A stretch of DNA of 64,000 bases, taken from positions 12,819-76,818 of IMG/VR virus record IMGVR_UViG_3300023718_000004, one strand, 5' to 3'. Source of the stretch: a virus. A program made the position numbers and the translations under genes. This document shows, one piece after another, positions 29,303 to 38,602 of this stretch. The notes beneath the pieces were generated by a model. It saw only the letters and a list, made by a program, of their open reading frames with translations. It did no database searches and was not told where the DNA came from. The number at the start of each line of letters is the position of its first letter. Within the stretch, counting starts at the first letter, position 1.

Positions 29303-29330
29303 GGTATCATTCAGTATACTTCGGTATCAT
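29303..29330. promoter_or_regulatory. Conserved 28-bp motif, copy 3, upstream of the portal/head operon
   Basis: GGTATCATTCAGTATACTTCGGTATCAT. Reverse complement is ATGATACC-N12-ATGATACC. Confidence 0.5.
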
Positions 29331-29749
29331 CTTTCAAAACCTTTTATCTTTTTTACTTCTGCCAAAGCTTTTAAGTGTTTTTTCTTAATATGTATTTCAG
29401 AATAACCCATCTCATCTGCAATGCGAACCAAAGATTTGTACTCAACATAGTGCTTAAATAATATGTCATATAGTAATGGATCTTCAACCTGTTCTATGGT
29501 TCGGACTATTTCTTGTCTTTTTTGTAAAAATTCAGATATCATTTCTGAAATCTCTTCTCGCAGATCAAATATCTTTGCAATCATATCTCCCATCGGATCA
29601 CGTTTTACAGAAGTTTGTACCTTTTCTCCAACAGGAATTGCAGATACACTTGTGGAAAGAGAACTGAGCTGTTCTTCTTCGATAAGCTTGTTTTTGATTC
29701 TGTTATCATAATTTTCAATCTGGCGTAAATATTGAGTTGCAGTCATCAT
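29327..29749 (-). CDS. Hypothetical protein with a possible C-terminal HTH
   Basis: 140 aa between terminase and portal. SLVRIADEMGYSEIHIKKKHLKALAEV is HTH-like. Confidence 0.4.
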   Translation of the reverse strand: MMTATQYLRQIENYDNRIKNKLIEEEQLSSLSTSVSAIPVGEKVQTSVKRDPMGDMIAKIFDLREEISEMISEFLQKRQEIVRTIEQVEDPLLYDILFKHYVEYKSLVRIADEMGYSEIHIKKKHLKALAEVKKIKGFER

Positions 29750-29752
29750 ATT

Positions 29753-31447
29753 CTATCTCCTTCCCCACATAAAATTTTTGGTTGCTTTTACTTCTGCAAA
29801 TCTTTTTCCAGCAAGTGTTATTGCAAGCTGTGTAACTCCATCTGCGGCGTCATCATGCTCATTATCGCCAATATATACAAAGGTCGTTAATTCATCCATA
29901 GCCTTTTGATACTGCTTGTCTTGATATTTCGGAGCCAAAAATATGAAATTCTGCTTAACATCCCCGGAATACTGATTTATTTTTTCTTTTTTTGCTTGTT
30001 TTGAAGGTGCTTTTGTACTTGTCGTGCTGCAAGCGTATTTATGTTCCTTCAACCGTTCATTTACATAATAGGCATACATATCTCCACCATTATTTGCTTC
30101 AAAATTGATAGATTGAATATTATTTCCCATGATTCTTCCAACAACTAATGGCAATGTTCCTTCTTTTGGCGCTGTGCTAAAAATCCAGTCATATATATAC
30201 ACATCTCCATTTTCGTATTCTGCACCCACTGGCATTGATAAGCTATCGCCACCACCCCACGCAACATCGCAAGCAGAAACATTTTTAACAAATCCACCTT
30301 CTGGGAGAACGCCGTTATAATATCTCAATTCGTCAGCTGCAAACACAATTCCTTCACGCAAGAAGGGCTTTTGCTGATATTTGGCTTCCCATTCGTTAGC
30401 GTCTAACCTAGCTTTCATATCAACATAATATTTTGTTGAAAATCCAACGCCATACTCATAATCGAAATTGGATTCACCATCATCGTTCAAAGCTGGAATT
30501 TTTCTAAACCGATACATTGGATTATCCCGATTTAGCTTCTCTATTTTTCCAAGAGGGTCATATAAATTCCATCTGGTTCCAACCATAAGTTCTCTTGCAC
30601 CATCAATCTTACGGTCAACCATCTTGTTTAGATATTCTTGATATGTGTTTTCTAATCGGGTAGGACTTAATGAATGTTGCCTATCTCTTACAAGGTCATC
30701 CACGTACAAATACCCATCGGAAGAAATGTCAACGGCACCTGTCCAAGTACCTTCAATACCACGGCAAGTCATTGTTGCAAATCGGTCTGGATTGTCCAGG
30801 TTTATTTCAAAATCATCAGCACTCTGTTTTTGAAGTTTCGACTGTGGAAAAATTTCACTATAGTTGTATTCCTGTGTATTAATGAGATTAAGAAGTTCTC
30901 CGTAAAATCCTTTTGCCAGTTTTCCAGAATGACCACCCATGGCACTATGGCTATTTGGTCTTTTACCCATTATCCATGACATAAAGAAAATACACATAGT
31001 GGATTTTCCAACACGGCTCGGAAGCGATAAACCGTAAAACTCTATCTTTCTTTCTTCCAAATCTTGTAGGTCTTGGGCTACCACATGTAGTGTTTTTCTT
31101 CGTGGAATATAAAATTTCTTGCTGTCTGGTCTATTTTTTTCCATATAAAGCAAGTAACTTTCAAATAAATGTGGTGCTTCCAACAACAAATACTGCCAGT
31201 AGATATCATCAAAATCACCACTGCCAGTTAATGCAGCACACTTCTCTGCTATGTTATGTGAGTATTGACTTACTTTCATAGCCATTTTCCGTGCTTCTTG
31301 GTTCTTTCTGAAAGGAAGGTCAATATTCATATTTAAGAGCAAATCAAGGCAATCTTTTTGATTCTGATAGATTGTCATGTCACTACTGATAATCTGATTC
31401 AGTACTGCCCGATACCATTCAAGCGAACCTTCTGTAATTTTTCCCAT
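29753..31447 (-). CDS. terL: Terminase large subunit
   Basis: 564 aa. Walker A GLSLPSRVGKST, an ATPase domain and a C-terminal nuclease domain. Immediately upstream of the portal. Confidence 0.85.
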   Translation of the reverse strand: MGKITEGSLEWYRAVLNQIISSDMTIYQNQKDCLDLLLNMNIDLPFRKNQEARKMAMKVSQYSHNIAEKCAALTGSGDFDDIYWQYLLLEAPHLFESYLLYMEKNRPDSKKFYIPRRKTLHVVAQDLQDLEERKIEFYGLSLPSRVGKSTMCIFFMSWIMGKRPNSHSAMGGHSGKLAKGFYGELLNLINTQEYNYSEIFPQSKLQKQSADDFEINLDNPDRFATMTCRGIEGTWTGAVDISSDGYLYVDDLVRDRQHSLSPTRLENTYQEYLNKMVDRKIDGARELMVGTRWNLYDPLGKIEKLNRDNPMYRFRKIPALNDDGESNFDYEYGVGFSTKYYVDMKARLDANEWEAKYQQKPFLREGIVFAADELRYYNGVLPEGGFVKNVSACDVAWGGGDSLSMPVGAEYENGDVYIYDWIFSTAPKEGTLPLVVGRIMGNNIQSINFEANNGGDMYAYYVNERLKEHKYACSTTSTKAPSKQAKKEKINQYSGDVKQNFIFLAPKYQDKQYQKAMDELTTFVYIGDNEHDDAADGVTQLAITLAGKRFAEVKATKNFMWGRR

Positions 31448-31522
31448 AAAAATAGAGCCAGACCTCCTTTCTTTTTAGGATTTAGTCTGGCTCTCATGTG
31501 GCTCTCTTGACTGGTTTACTTA

Positions 31523-32476
31523 TTATTTAACATTCTCATCAGCTGTCATGTCTCTTGTATCTACGATGGTAGAAGTGTTACCTCCTTGAATCTTTGGTAC
31601 TTCACCATTCCATTTATCAATCTTCTGTTTTTCAATCAGTTCGGGAGTAAGAGATTCTGCGATTTTTCTATTTGCTTCTGCTTCAGCTTCTGCTTTAATC
31701 TTAATTGCTTCTGCTTTTCCTTCTGCATCAATCTTTGCCTGTTCCGCTTGGATAGATGCTTTTTCTTTTTCCTGTTCAGCAGCAATCAGTGCAACTTCTT
31801 TATCTTTATCAGCTTGTACTTTGGCTGTTTTAGCTTCAATGTTAGCAAGTTCTAATTCTTGCTGTGCATTTACCTTCTTCTGAATTGCAGCCTGTGTTTC
31901 ATCATCGGTGGAAATAGAAGTAAAGTTTACTGTATCAATAATAATTCCGTATGGCTCAAACTTCTGTTTAAGATATTCGTCAAGTGCTTCATTCAGTTCC
32001 TGGCGTTTATCACCGAAAACATCTGTTACTGGATACTTCGCAGTTACTTCCTGCGTCCATGCTTTCATCTTAGGCTTAATAAAAGTATTTTTCACAGATT
32101 CCCCGGATTGACCTTTGAACTGAGTAAATACATCAGTTACTCTGCTCTGATCGAATTTATAAGAAAATTCAAGGTCAACTTGAAGCGATTTACCATCTGC
32201 TGTTGGTGTCTTGAAGCTTTCATCTTTTGGAGAATCGCCCTTATCCTCAGATGTAAGATAAGACTGCTCGATTCCAACGGAATACAGTGAAGTTTTTACT
32301 GTAGGTGAAATCAAATGCCATCCTTGTGTAAGTACATTCTTAGAGATTCCTCCGTTCATTTTGTACTCTACCGCAATGTAACCAGCCGGAACTCTCACAC
32401 TGCACTTTGCAACACATATAAGTCCTGCAATGATTACAACAGCTAATCCAATTCCACCTAAAAGTCCTTTTTTCAT
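31523..32476 (-). CDS. SPFH/band-7 (prohibitin/flotillin-like) membrane protein
   Basis: N-terminal TM, an SPFH core, and a long Ala/Glu/Lys-rich coiled coil (AEQEKEKASIQAEQAKIDAEGKAEAIKIKAEAEAEA). Confidence 0.8.
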   Translation of the reverse strand: MKKGLLGGIGLAVVIIAGLICVAKCSVRVPAGYIAVEYKMNGGISKNVLTQGWHLISPTVKTSLYSVGIEQSYLTSEDKGDSPKDESFKTPTADGKSLQVDLEFSYKFDQSRVTDVFTQFKGQSGESVKNTFIKPKMKAWTQEVTAKYPVTDVFGDKRQELNEALDEYLKQKFEPYGIIIDTVNFTSISTDDETQAAIQKKVNAQQELELANIEAKTAKVQADKDKEVALIAAEQEKEKASIQAEQAKIDAEGKAEAIKIKAEAEAEANRKIAESLTPELIEKQKIDKWNGEVPKIQGGNTSTIVDTRDMTADENVK

Positions 32477-32637
32477 TTATTATCCTCCTCTTTTTGACTT
32501 TCGTCTTTATTTAACTCATCAATAGCATTTCTGCCAATGTGGTTCAATAATTTACCTAGTGGCTGAAATAATTTGTAAAGCAGGAACCATACTACTGCCG
32601 CTCCGCATACCACTAGAAATATAAATACTGGGTTCAT
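32473..32637 (-). CDS. Small membrane protein translationally coupled to the SPFH gene (NfeD-like partner role?)
   Basis: Manual translation MNPVFIFLVVCGAAVVWFLLYKLF..., 54 aa. ATGA start/stop overlap with the SPFH gene. Confidence 0.35.
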   Translation of the reverse strand: MNPVFIFLVVCGAAVVWFLLYKLFQPLGKLLNHIGRNAIDELNKDESQKEEDNK

Positions 32638-32841
32638 TCAATCACCTAACCTTCTGCAAATTTCAATAAAATCTGGCTTACTAAGTTCTTTCAGCTTGTT
32701 AGCATATTTTGGAAATTCATGTGTATATATCGGATGACCTAAAAGTTTTTCTGCGTATTCGTATGCAAGTTTTCGGTCATCCCCTGTAAGCATACAAATT
32801 CCTGTGTAGGTTTCAACTACTACCGCTTCTTGTTTTGTCAT
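32638..32841 (-). CDS. Hypothetical protein
   Basis: 67-aa ORF. Confidence 0.3.
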   Translation of the reverse strand: MTKQEAVVVETYTGICMLTGDDRKLAYEYAEKLLGHPIYTHEFPKYANKLKELSKPDFIEICRRLGD

Positions 32842-33053
32842 ACATATCCTTTCTTGATAAAATCATCTTTTTAATTCCGTAAAAATATTTTCAATTACTT
32901 TCCATTCTGCGAATACTGCCATAAACAGTAATGGTACTGCAGAAAATCCCCAATGATTTTCAATCATCATTTGTATTGTAGCTATTAAATAATCTGCTAC
33001 CCATTTGGATATTATGAAATTCGCAATTATCCAACATATTTTTCTGATTTTGT

Positions 33054-33338
33054 TCATTTGCTCACCATCTTTCTTTTTGATTTCAAGTATTTTCTGTATT
33101 TGCGACTGTATTTACGAAGAATTAAATCAAGCATAATGCTATTTGTCTGTTCTACGTTTTCTGACATAGTTGTGAGATATGGATAATCTTCTCTATCATC
33201 TACTAATGTCTTGAAGATCAAGTCTAAAGCAAACTGAGCACTGACAGGTGGGTCGCACAGTTCAAAGTCTTTATCCTTGTACCACTCATCAATCTTATTT
33301 TGGAATCCATCAAAGGATATTTCTTCGTTCCATATCAT
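33054..33338 (-). CDS. Hypothetical protein
   Basis: 94-aa ORF in a coupled small-gene array. Confidence 0.3.
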   Translation of the reverse strand: MIWNEEISFDGFQNKIDEWYKDKDFELCDPPVSAQFALDLIFKTLVDDREDYPYLTTMSENVEQTNSIMLDLILRKYSRKYRKYLKSKRKMVSK

Positions 33339-33604
33339 ACATTCACCTCAAACTCTTTCTTGCAATTACTACCCTTACATTTCAGTTTCAAGTGCTGAAT
33401 CTTCGTGTTTGGGCTAATCAGAAGCGCTTTCTTCTGGCAAAAAGGACAACAGGCGTATTTCGTTCCGTTAATATTCCGTATCAATGCCTGTCCATTCCAC
33501 GGCTCGGGTGGGTTCATGTATTCAGAAAAATCTATCCCTTCGGATTCTAATGCTGATTTAATGCTCATTAAAAATCTCCTTAAATTTCTTCCTATTAAAA
33601 CCAT
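33335..33604 (-). CDS. Zinc-ribbon protein (Com-like C-terminus)
   Basis: CCPFCQKK...KLKCKGSNCKKEF, two Cys pairs. Confidence 0.35.
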   Translation of the reverse strand: MVLIGRNLRRFLMSIKSALESEGIDFSEYMNPPEPWNGQALIRNINGTKYACCPFCQKKALLISPNTKIQHLKLKCKGSNCKKEFEVNV

Positions 33605-34030
33605 TGTATTGGTTTCCCCAATACGGATATTGCTCTAAGCATTTTCTCATATAATCGCATGGATGTGCTTTTGCAAAGTCAACAATTTCTTTGGCAGGTG
33701 CCTGCTGTACTTGTGTTCTCCATTCTGGACAACCTTTTGTTTTTTCTTGATCCATTAATTTTCCTCCGTTTCAGAATGCCATGCATTTTTCGGAAATTAT
33801 TCTGGTTTATTCGATTTAGGGCAACTAGTGTCCAAAATAGTTCATTACTTAATTTAAATTCAAGTTCAATACTTAACGGCTTTCCTATGCTACAAAGTGT
33901 GCCATCCTCATTTTTGTGAAGAATACCACCTTCGATAACAGCACCATCCGAAATTGAAATCTCTGGTATTGTTTCAATAACTTTTCCATTACATGTAAAG
34001 AAATGCTTTAATTCTTCCTTTTCACCCATA

Positions 34031-34633
34031 TCAGCACATCCCTTTGTTTTTCCTTAAATTAGCGTATCGGTCAACCAATGTGTCAACAGTAACAGTTAAC
34101 TCGTTGATTCTAATACAGTCATCCTGGTGGCGTTGTTCATACCATTCGATAGATGGATGACCAGTATTTACATTTTCAACTTCATCAGTTGGAAGCTTCC
34201 AGTTATCATTTTCAAGAAGCTTTTGGTTAAGTGTCTCCGATAAAGCTTTATAGTCCAGGATTATATGCTGTTTCTTCTCGCATTCATCAGCCAAACGAAC
34301 AACTTCATTTTTCAACTGTTCTTCTGTCCAGTTTGCCATATCCTCAAATTTCATATTTACCACCTCTGTCTTCGAAAATTGTCTCTTCCAAGCATAAATT
34401 TTTTCGGCTGAAAAATTATCCTCTACATCAATATGTGCTTCACGGTCTTGCACATCATATCCGTTTGAAGTTAATTCAAGTTTTGCAGTATATTCAGCGC
34501 CGCAATTGGTGCATTGCCATGTCACATTTAAAAAGAGTCCTTTTTCTATAAAAGGGTTTGTGAAATCGGCATTTTCACATTTCAATATTCCACCGCAAAC
34601 AGGGCAATTGCGTTTATCAAGTAAATTTAGCAT
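34031..34633 (-). CDS. Zinc-ribbon-containing protein
   Basis: N-terminal CPVCGG...CTNCGAEY. 200 aa. Confidence 0.4.
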   Translation of the reverse strand: MLNLLDKRNCPVCGGILKCENADFTNPFIEKGLFLNVTWQCTNCGAEYTAKLELTSNGYDVQDREAHIDVEDNFSAEKIYAWKRQFSKTEVVNMKFEDMANWTEEQLKNEVVRLADECEKKQHIILDYKALSETLNQKLLENDNWKLPTDEVENVNTGHPSIEWYEQRHQDDCIRINELTVTVDTLVDRYANLRKNKGMC

Positions 34634-35045
34634 TCAAATTCCCTCTTCTGTCTGTGTTTCATCTGACAGGCGATCATTTTAGCTATGTTTTCACGTTCCT
34701 GTTTTATTCCATGCCCCTGGCGAAACAACTCACATTCGAGGATATTCCCGCAGTGTGAGCATTCATCTTTTATTTCTTTACCACATATCTCCATCTTCTT
34801 TTCTCTCCCAAAACTCACAATAACACTCTGGCTCTGTAAAGTCTGCGCAATATTTGCTATCACCATTGAAGCAAGCCCATGTGAAGTCATCATGTTTTCT
34901 ACAATTCTTGCAACATTTTTCTTCCATAAACACCTCTTGTTAAAAAAAATCCAGTGTGCCGACTTGAACGGCATAAATCTCCCAACGAGAAACACTGGAA
35001 CTTTAAGGGGGAAAATGCAACTTCTGGCAATGGCAATTTGCCAGA

Positions 35046-35117
35046 TAGAAACAACAGGAATCGAACCTGTGTCACATGATATTCAATATCATTGCTCTAC
35101 CACTGAGCTATGTTTCT
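35046..35117 (-). tRNA. tRNA with anticodon UGA and class-I (short variable arm) structure, i.e. an atypical Ser-anticodon tRNA
   Basis: Manual fold: acceptor AGAAACA/TGTTTCT, D-arm GCTC-AGTGGTA-GAGC, anticodon stem ATGAT/ATCAT, loop ATTGAAT, 5-nt variable arm, T-arm ACAGG-TTCGATT-CCTGT, discriminator A. Confidence 0.6.
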
Positions 35118-35340
35118 TTTTTCATCATAAAACGCTAAACTAGATGATTTTTTTAGAATCCCCGACTACCACTCCTCACGGGCATTGGTCTTATCTCTCT
35201 AAAAAGTTTTTGCACAAGATCGCTAGTGAGTTGCGTCTATATGCCTGCACGAATGCACACAAACGCATCCGCATTTATGTGCAAGAACTAACAATAGCTA
35301 TGCTAAAGTAAGATATCCTATCTACACCTGGTAGATGGAA

Positions 35341-35412
35341 TTGCAGGAGACGGATTCGAACCGCCGTTCTCAAGGATATGAGCCTTGCGAGATTCCACTT
35401 CTCTATCCTGCC
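35341..35412 (-). tRNA. tRNA-Met/Ile2 (anticodon CAU)
   Basis: Manual fold: anticodon stem CAAGG/CCTTG, loop CTCATAT, T-loop TTCGAAT. The acceptor stem has a G1-A72 mismatch. Confidence 0.6.
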
Positions 35413-35704
35413 GGAACCCGGAAAAACCGGGTTAGCAATAGGTTTATCGTGTTATGCTTTCCACTATCTACAAGTTTTAGTGCTGTAGATTCACTGGATA
35501 TTTTTATGCGTCTTTGAACGGCATCTCTTGAAAACTCCTTTTATTAACGTGCGCTGCGTTAATGTTTTTAACTCCGAGATATACCAGCCGGGAAATCAGA
35601 TCCATTTAGGCTACGCCGTATCGCACCTATAAATTTACCTAATCCACACGCTCAACTGGAAGTTTTTTCCACCCATATTACGGATGAATGGCATTTAGAA
35701 GAAA

Positions 35705-35777
35705 TGGAAGCTCTGGGATTCGAACCCAGGACTTACGGCTTATGAGGCCGTTGCTCTTACCGCTGAACTAAGCTTCC
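35705..35777 (-). tRNA. tRNA-Met/Ile2 (anticodon CAU), second copy
   Basis: Manual fold: acceptor GGAAGCT/AGCTTCC, anticodon stem ACGGC/GCCGT, loop CTCATAA, T-arm CTGGG-TTCGAAT-CCCAG. Confidence 0.65.
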
Positions 35778-35927
35778 TAAGATACCGAATTATTTGACCG
35801 CCATGACAAACAATCCGGCACTGTTGCAGTTCTTGACCACCAACCGCAACAAAGGTTTTCTGAAACGCTTTTAGATTTCAGAAAAGAGTGTTATAAAATG
35901 AACTTGCGGCGTTAGCAAAACCGCAAA

Positions 35928-36000
35928 CTGGGCTAACTGGATTCGAACCAGCGAATACAGCAGTCAAAGTGCTGTGCCTTAACCGTTTGGCGATAGCCCA
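35928..36000 (-). tRNA. tRNA-Gln (anticodon UUG)
   Basis: Manual fold: U1-A72 and G73 as in bacterial tRNA-Gln, anticodon loop CTTTGAC, T-loop TTCGAAT. Overall similar to E. coli tRNA-Gln. Confidence 0.7.
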
Positions 36001-36307
36001 TCAACCCCGGCGCACCATTAAAACCGGGGAAGTCGTGATATTAAGCTAAACAAGTATATAAACTTTCCGCTCTTACTGATTACTCTTTTCCAGGAGGGAA
36101 ATTTTCTTTTTCTAAATATTCAATAATTCCTGGCGTATTCATCAATAAGAGCTTACGCTACTCTGGATGCCTCGACTTATCACTTTCATAGGCTTTCCCG
36201 AACCTACATGGATTAAGTCGAAGCTGTGCTTTTATGAATTTAACCCTTTCGATTAATTCAATCGGGATAATTCCAATTGGAATCGGTAAATACATGGGGT
36301 TCTCCTC

Positions 36308-36889
36308 TTATTCTGCAAAAATCCAATCCTCTGCTAACATATCTGCTTGAGATGCAAGCCATCCCATCTGTACGCCAGATGTTCCGACAAAAGCAATGGC
36401 TTTGTTTCCGATTGCATCATGTTCACAATTTACAATTTCATTATCAGCAGTCTTATATGAAATTCCAGTGGCAATCTGAATGTACTGTTTCTTTCCATTC
36501 CAGCCTTTACGAGACACTTTAAGTCCTCTTTTCAGATAACGGATAGCGTCACCAAATCCAAATGTTGACTGACCACCAAGAACACCACAGTTATTCTCAT
36601 CAGCAATCATCCAGTCATCTCGCTGTGTGTGCATGAAAGTATATTCTACTCTCTGTGTTTCACGGATATCGAGAACTGCTCCCTGGCCTTGATCGGAATC
36701 TTTTGGTCTGCAATGAATCATAATCGTCTGTTTTTCATCGTCCCAACACCAGTAACCATTCCATCCTGGAAGTTTCACTTTTGCTCCCTGTTTCATAAGT
36801 TTTAATGCTTCTGAAAATTTCATTTCTATATCCTCCTTTACCTCGTGCAAATTAAGAAAATATTCAGTGCGAAACATATTTCTAAACAA
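36308..36889 (-). CDS. Tandem DUF2829-like domain protein
   Basis: Two internal repeats, FSEALKLMKQGAKVKLPGWNGYW and FGDAIRYLKRGLKVSRKGWNGKKQYI, matching the DUF2829 signature (EAl..lk.GkkvrR..W). Confidence 0.5.
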   Translation of the reverse strand: MFRNMFRTEYFLNLHEVKEDIEMKFSEALKLMKQGAKVKLPGWNGYWCWDDEKQTIMIHCRPKDSDQGQGAVLDIRETQRVEYTFMHTQRDDWMIADENNCGVLGGQSTFGFGDAIRYLKRGLKVSRKGWNGKKQYIQIATGISYKTADNEIVNCEHDAIGNKAIAFVGTSGVQMGWLASQADMLAEDWIFAE

Positions 36890-37000
36890 ATACAGAATAA
36901 AATCTGTATTACGCTTGTCTTTCCTTCTTCGTCCAGTATGGCTAAAGTACCGGCAAGAACCAGAACGAAAAATGCAAGATTTACAGCTGTTCCGATTACA

Positions 37001-37450
37001 TTAAGTGCATTCATTTTCTTTTTCCTCCCCAATTAAGAAATTCAAAATCTTTTCTGCAATCTCTTCTTCTGGCTCAAATGGCATTCCACAGTAATTGTAG
37101 GATTCTAAAGCCGATTTTAGGCTTGCTTTGAATCCATTGTAAATTTCTCCGTGTTGTAGCAGTTCGTGCCTTAAAACTGAAATTGCGTCAGTAATTGATT
37201 GAGAAGTGACACCGATTTGTGCCAAGCATTCCATTTCAATGTCTGGGACAGCCATCATTTCAAACTCAAATACTGGAATTTCATATACTGCGGTATGGAA
37301 ATTTATTGATCTTACTCTCGGAACTTCATTTCCATCAATGAAATATTTTGTGCCGAGCCAATCATTGGGGTTGGGGTTTGTGATTTTTACTAAAGACATC
37401 TTCTCGCCCCTTTCTTTTAGTTTCACAGTAGAGAAGGAGGTGTTTCGCAA
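37001..37450 (-). CDS. Hypothetical protein
   Basis: 149-aa ORF. Confidence 0.3.
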   Translation of the reverse strand: MRNTSFSTVKLKERGEKMSLVKITNPNPNDWLGTKYFIDGNEVPRVRSINFHTAVYEIPVFEFEMMAVPDIEMECLAQIGVTSQSITDAISVLRHELLQHGEIYNGFKASLKSALESYNYCGMPFEPEEEIAEKILNFLIGEEKENECT

Positions 37451-37781
37451 TCTCTTCCAACTGTAGAATGTTGTATTTTGGAATTTCCCATGTTTTCTGC
37501 TCCAATAATGAAGACAGTGGAATTTTCTCAGTCGGTAGTTCGTTAGTTACTGTGGCATTGATAAGCATAGACGCTACATCAATGGGGGATTCGGGAAGAC
37601 TATCCTTGTTATCACTTATTGGTGCGTATAGCATGGATAACTTTTTCCATTCTCCGTTTTCCTTTGAAAATACTTCTCCATTTTGTACTTTAAGTATTCC
37701 AGTAGCATCTCTTGGAATATACTCTTCTTTTTCACATGAACGGACATCATTCCCAATACTGTATAAAAAATAATTCATCAT
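37362..37781 (-). CDS. Hypothetical protein
   Basis: 139-aa ORF. Confidence 0.3.
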   Translation of the reverse strand: MMNYFLYSIGNDVRSCEKEEYIPRDATGILKVQNGEVFSKENGEWKKLSMLYAPISDNKDSLPESPIDVASMLINATVTNELPTEKIPLSSLLEQKTWEIPKYNILQLEEIAKHLLLYCETKRKGREDVFSKNHKPQPQ

Positions 37782-38245
37782 CCTTCTTCCACCTCCCCGA
37801 AATATTTCTTGTAAAGGTCAATGTCTTTCCTTCCCAATAATATTTTTATATTTTCTTTGTCTTCAACTTGCAAAGAGCCATAAGCAATATGTACCCACGT
37901 TGTTATTGTATTTTCTTCTTGGTTCTCTTCTCTATAGCCATTAATAACTGTAAATGCTGAAAACCAATTTCCCTTTGCTGTTAAAAAATAAGTCTTTTCT
38001 GAATAACATGTATATCCGTAATGGTCGCAGTCAATATTATCGGTAAATATCTTTTCTGCATTTTCTGTGTTGTAAAATTTCCCATCTGCACATATTCCAC
38101 TCGAATGAACAACTATATTGTCTTTCCTTATGCGTTTGGTATCTGCATTCGGGAATTTCTTTTCGTATTCTTCTGGAACTGAAACGCCTTTTTTATTTTT
38201 TGAAAAAAATTTAAGCACGTCTTTTCCTCCCGAAATATTCATCAA
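37778..38245 (-). CDS. Hypothetical protein
   Basis: 155-aa ORF. Confidence 0.3.
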   Translation of the reverse strand: MMNISGGKDVLKFFSKNKKGVSVPEEYEKKFPNADTKRIRKDNIVVHSSGICADGKFYNTENAEKIFTDNIDCDHYGYTCYSEKTYFLTAKGNWFSAFTVINGYREENQEENTITTWVHIAYGSLQVEDKENIKILLGRKDIDLYKKYFGEVEEG

Positions 38246-38602
38246 CTGCCTGTCTTACAATATCCGATACGCTCCTGTCAGTCCGGTTCTTCTCTTCCAG
38301 GAGCCTTTTTTTCTGTTTTTCGGAAAATCGGATGCGGATGGATTCGGATTGTGGGTTATGCTTTTTCATAGGCAGTATCCATCTTTACGGAAAGAATCGG
38401 TTTGTCATCGGCTTTAGCCAGAAGCGTAATACCTTTCCCATTCTCACAAGATGATGTCATGAGTTGAATATTTGAATTTCCGGTTTCGTTACAAATATTC
38501 AAAAGCTGTTGTGCTATATCCATCAACCTTGACCGAAGGTATCCGTCATTGCTTACTATTTTTTCCATCTTGTGCCTACCTTTCTGCGAATGTTATCAGT
38601 TA

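Noticed and set aside
29230-29310. Portal N-terminal extension MIPPICVKYK...
   Set aside because: That ATG lies inside the conserved ATGATACC regulatory motif, and a leader terminator sits between it and the likely real start.
35046-35117. Opal-suppressor or selenocysteine tRNA interpretation
   Set aside because: The anticodon is UGA (reads UCA), not UCA, and the structure is an ordinary class-I cloverleaf without Sec-tRNA features.
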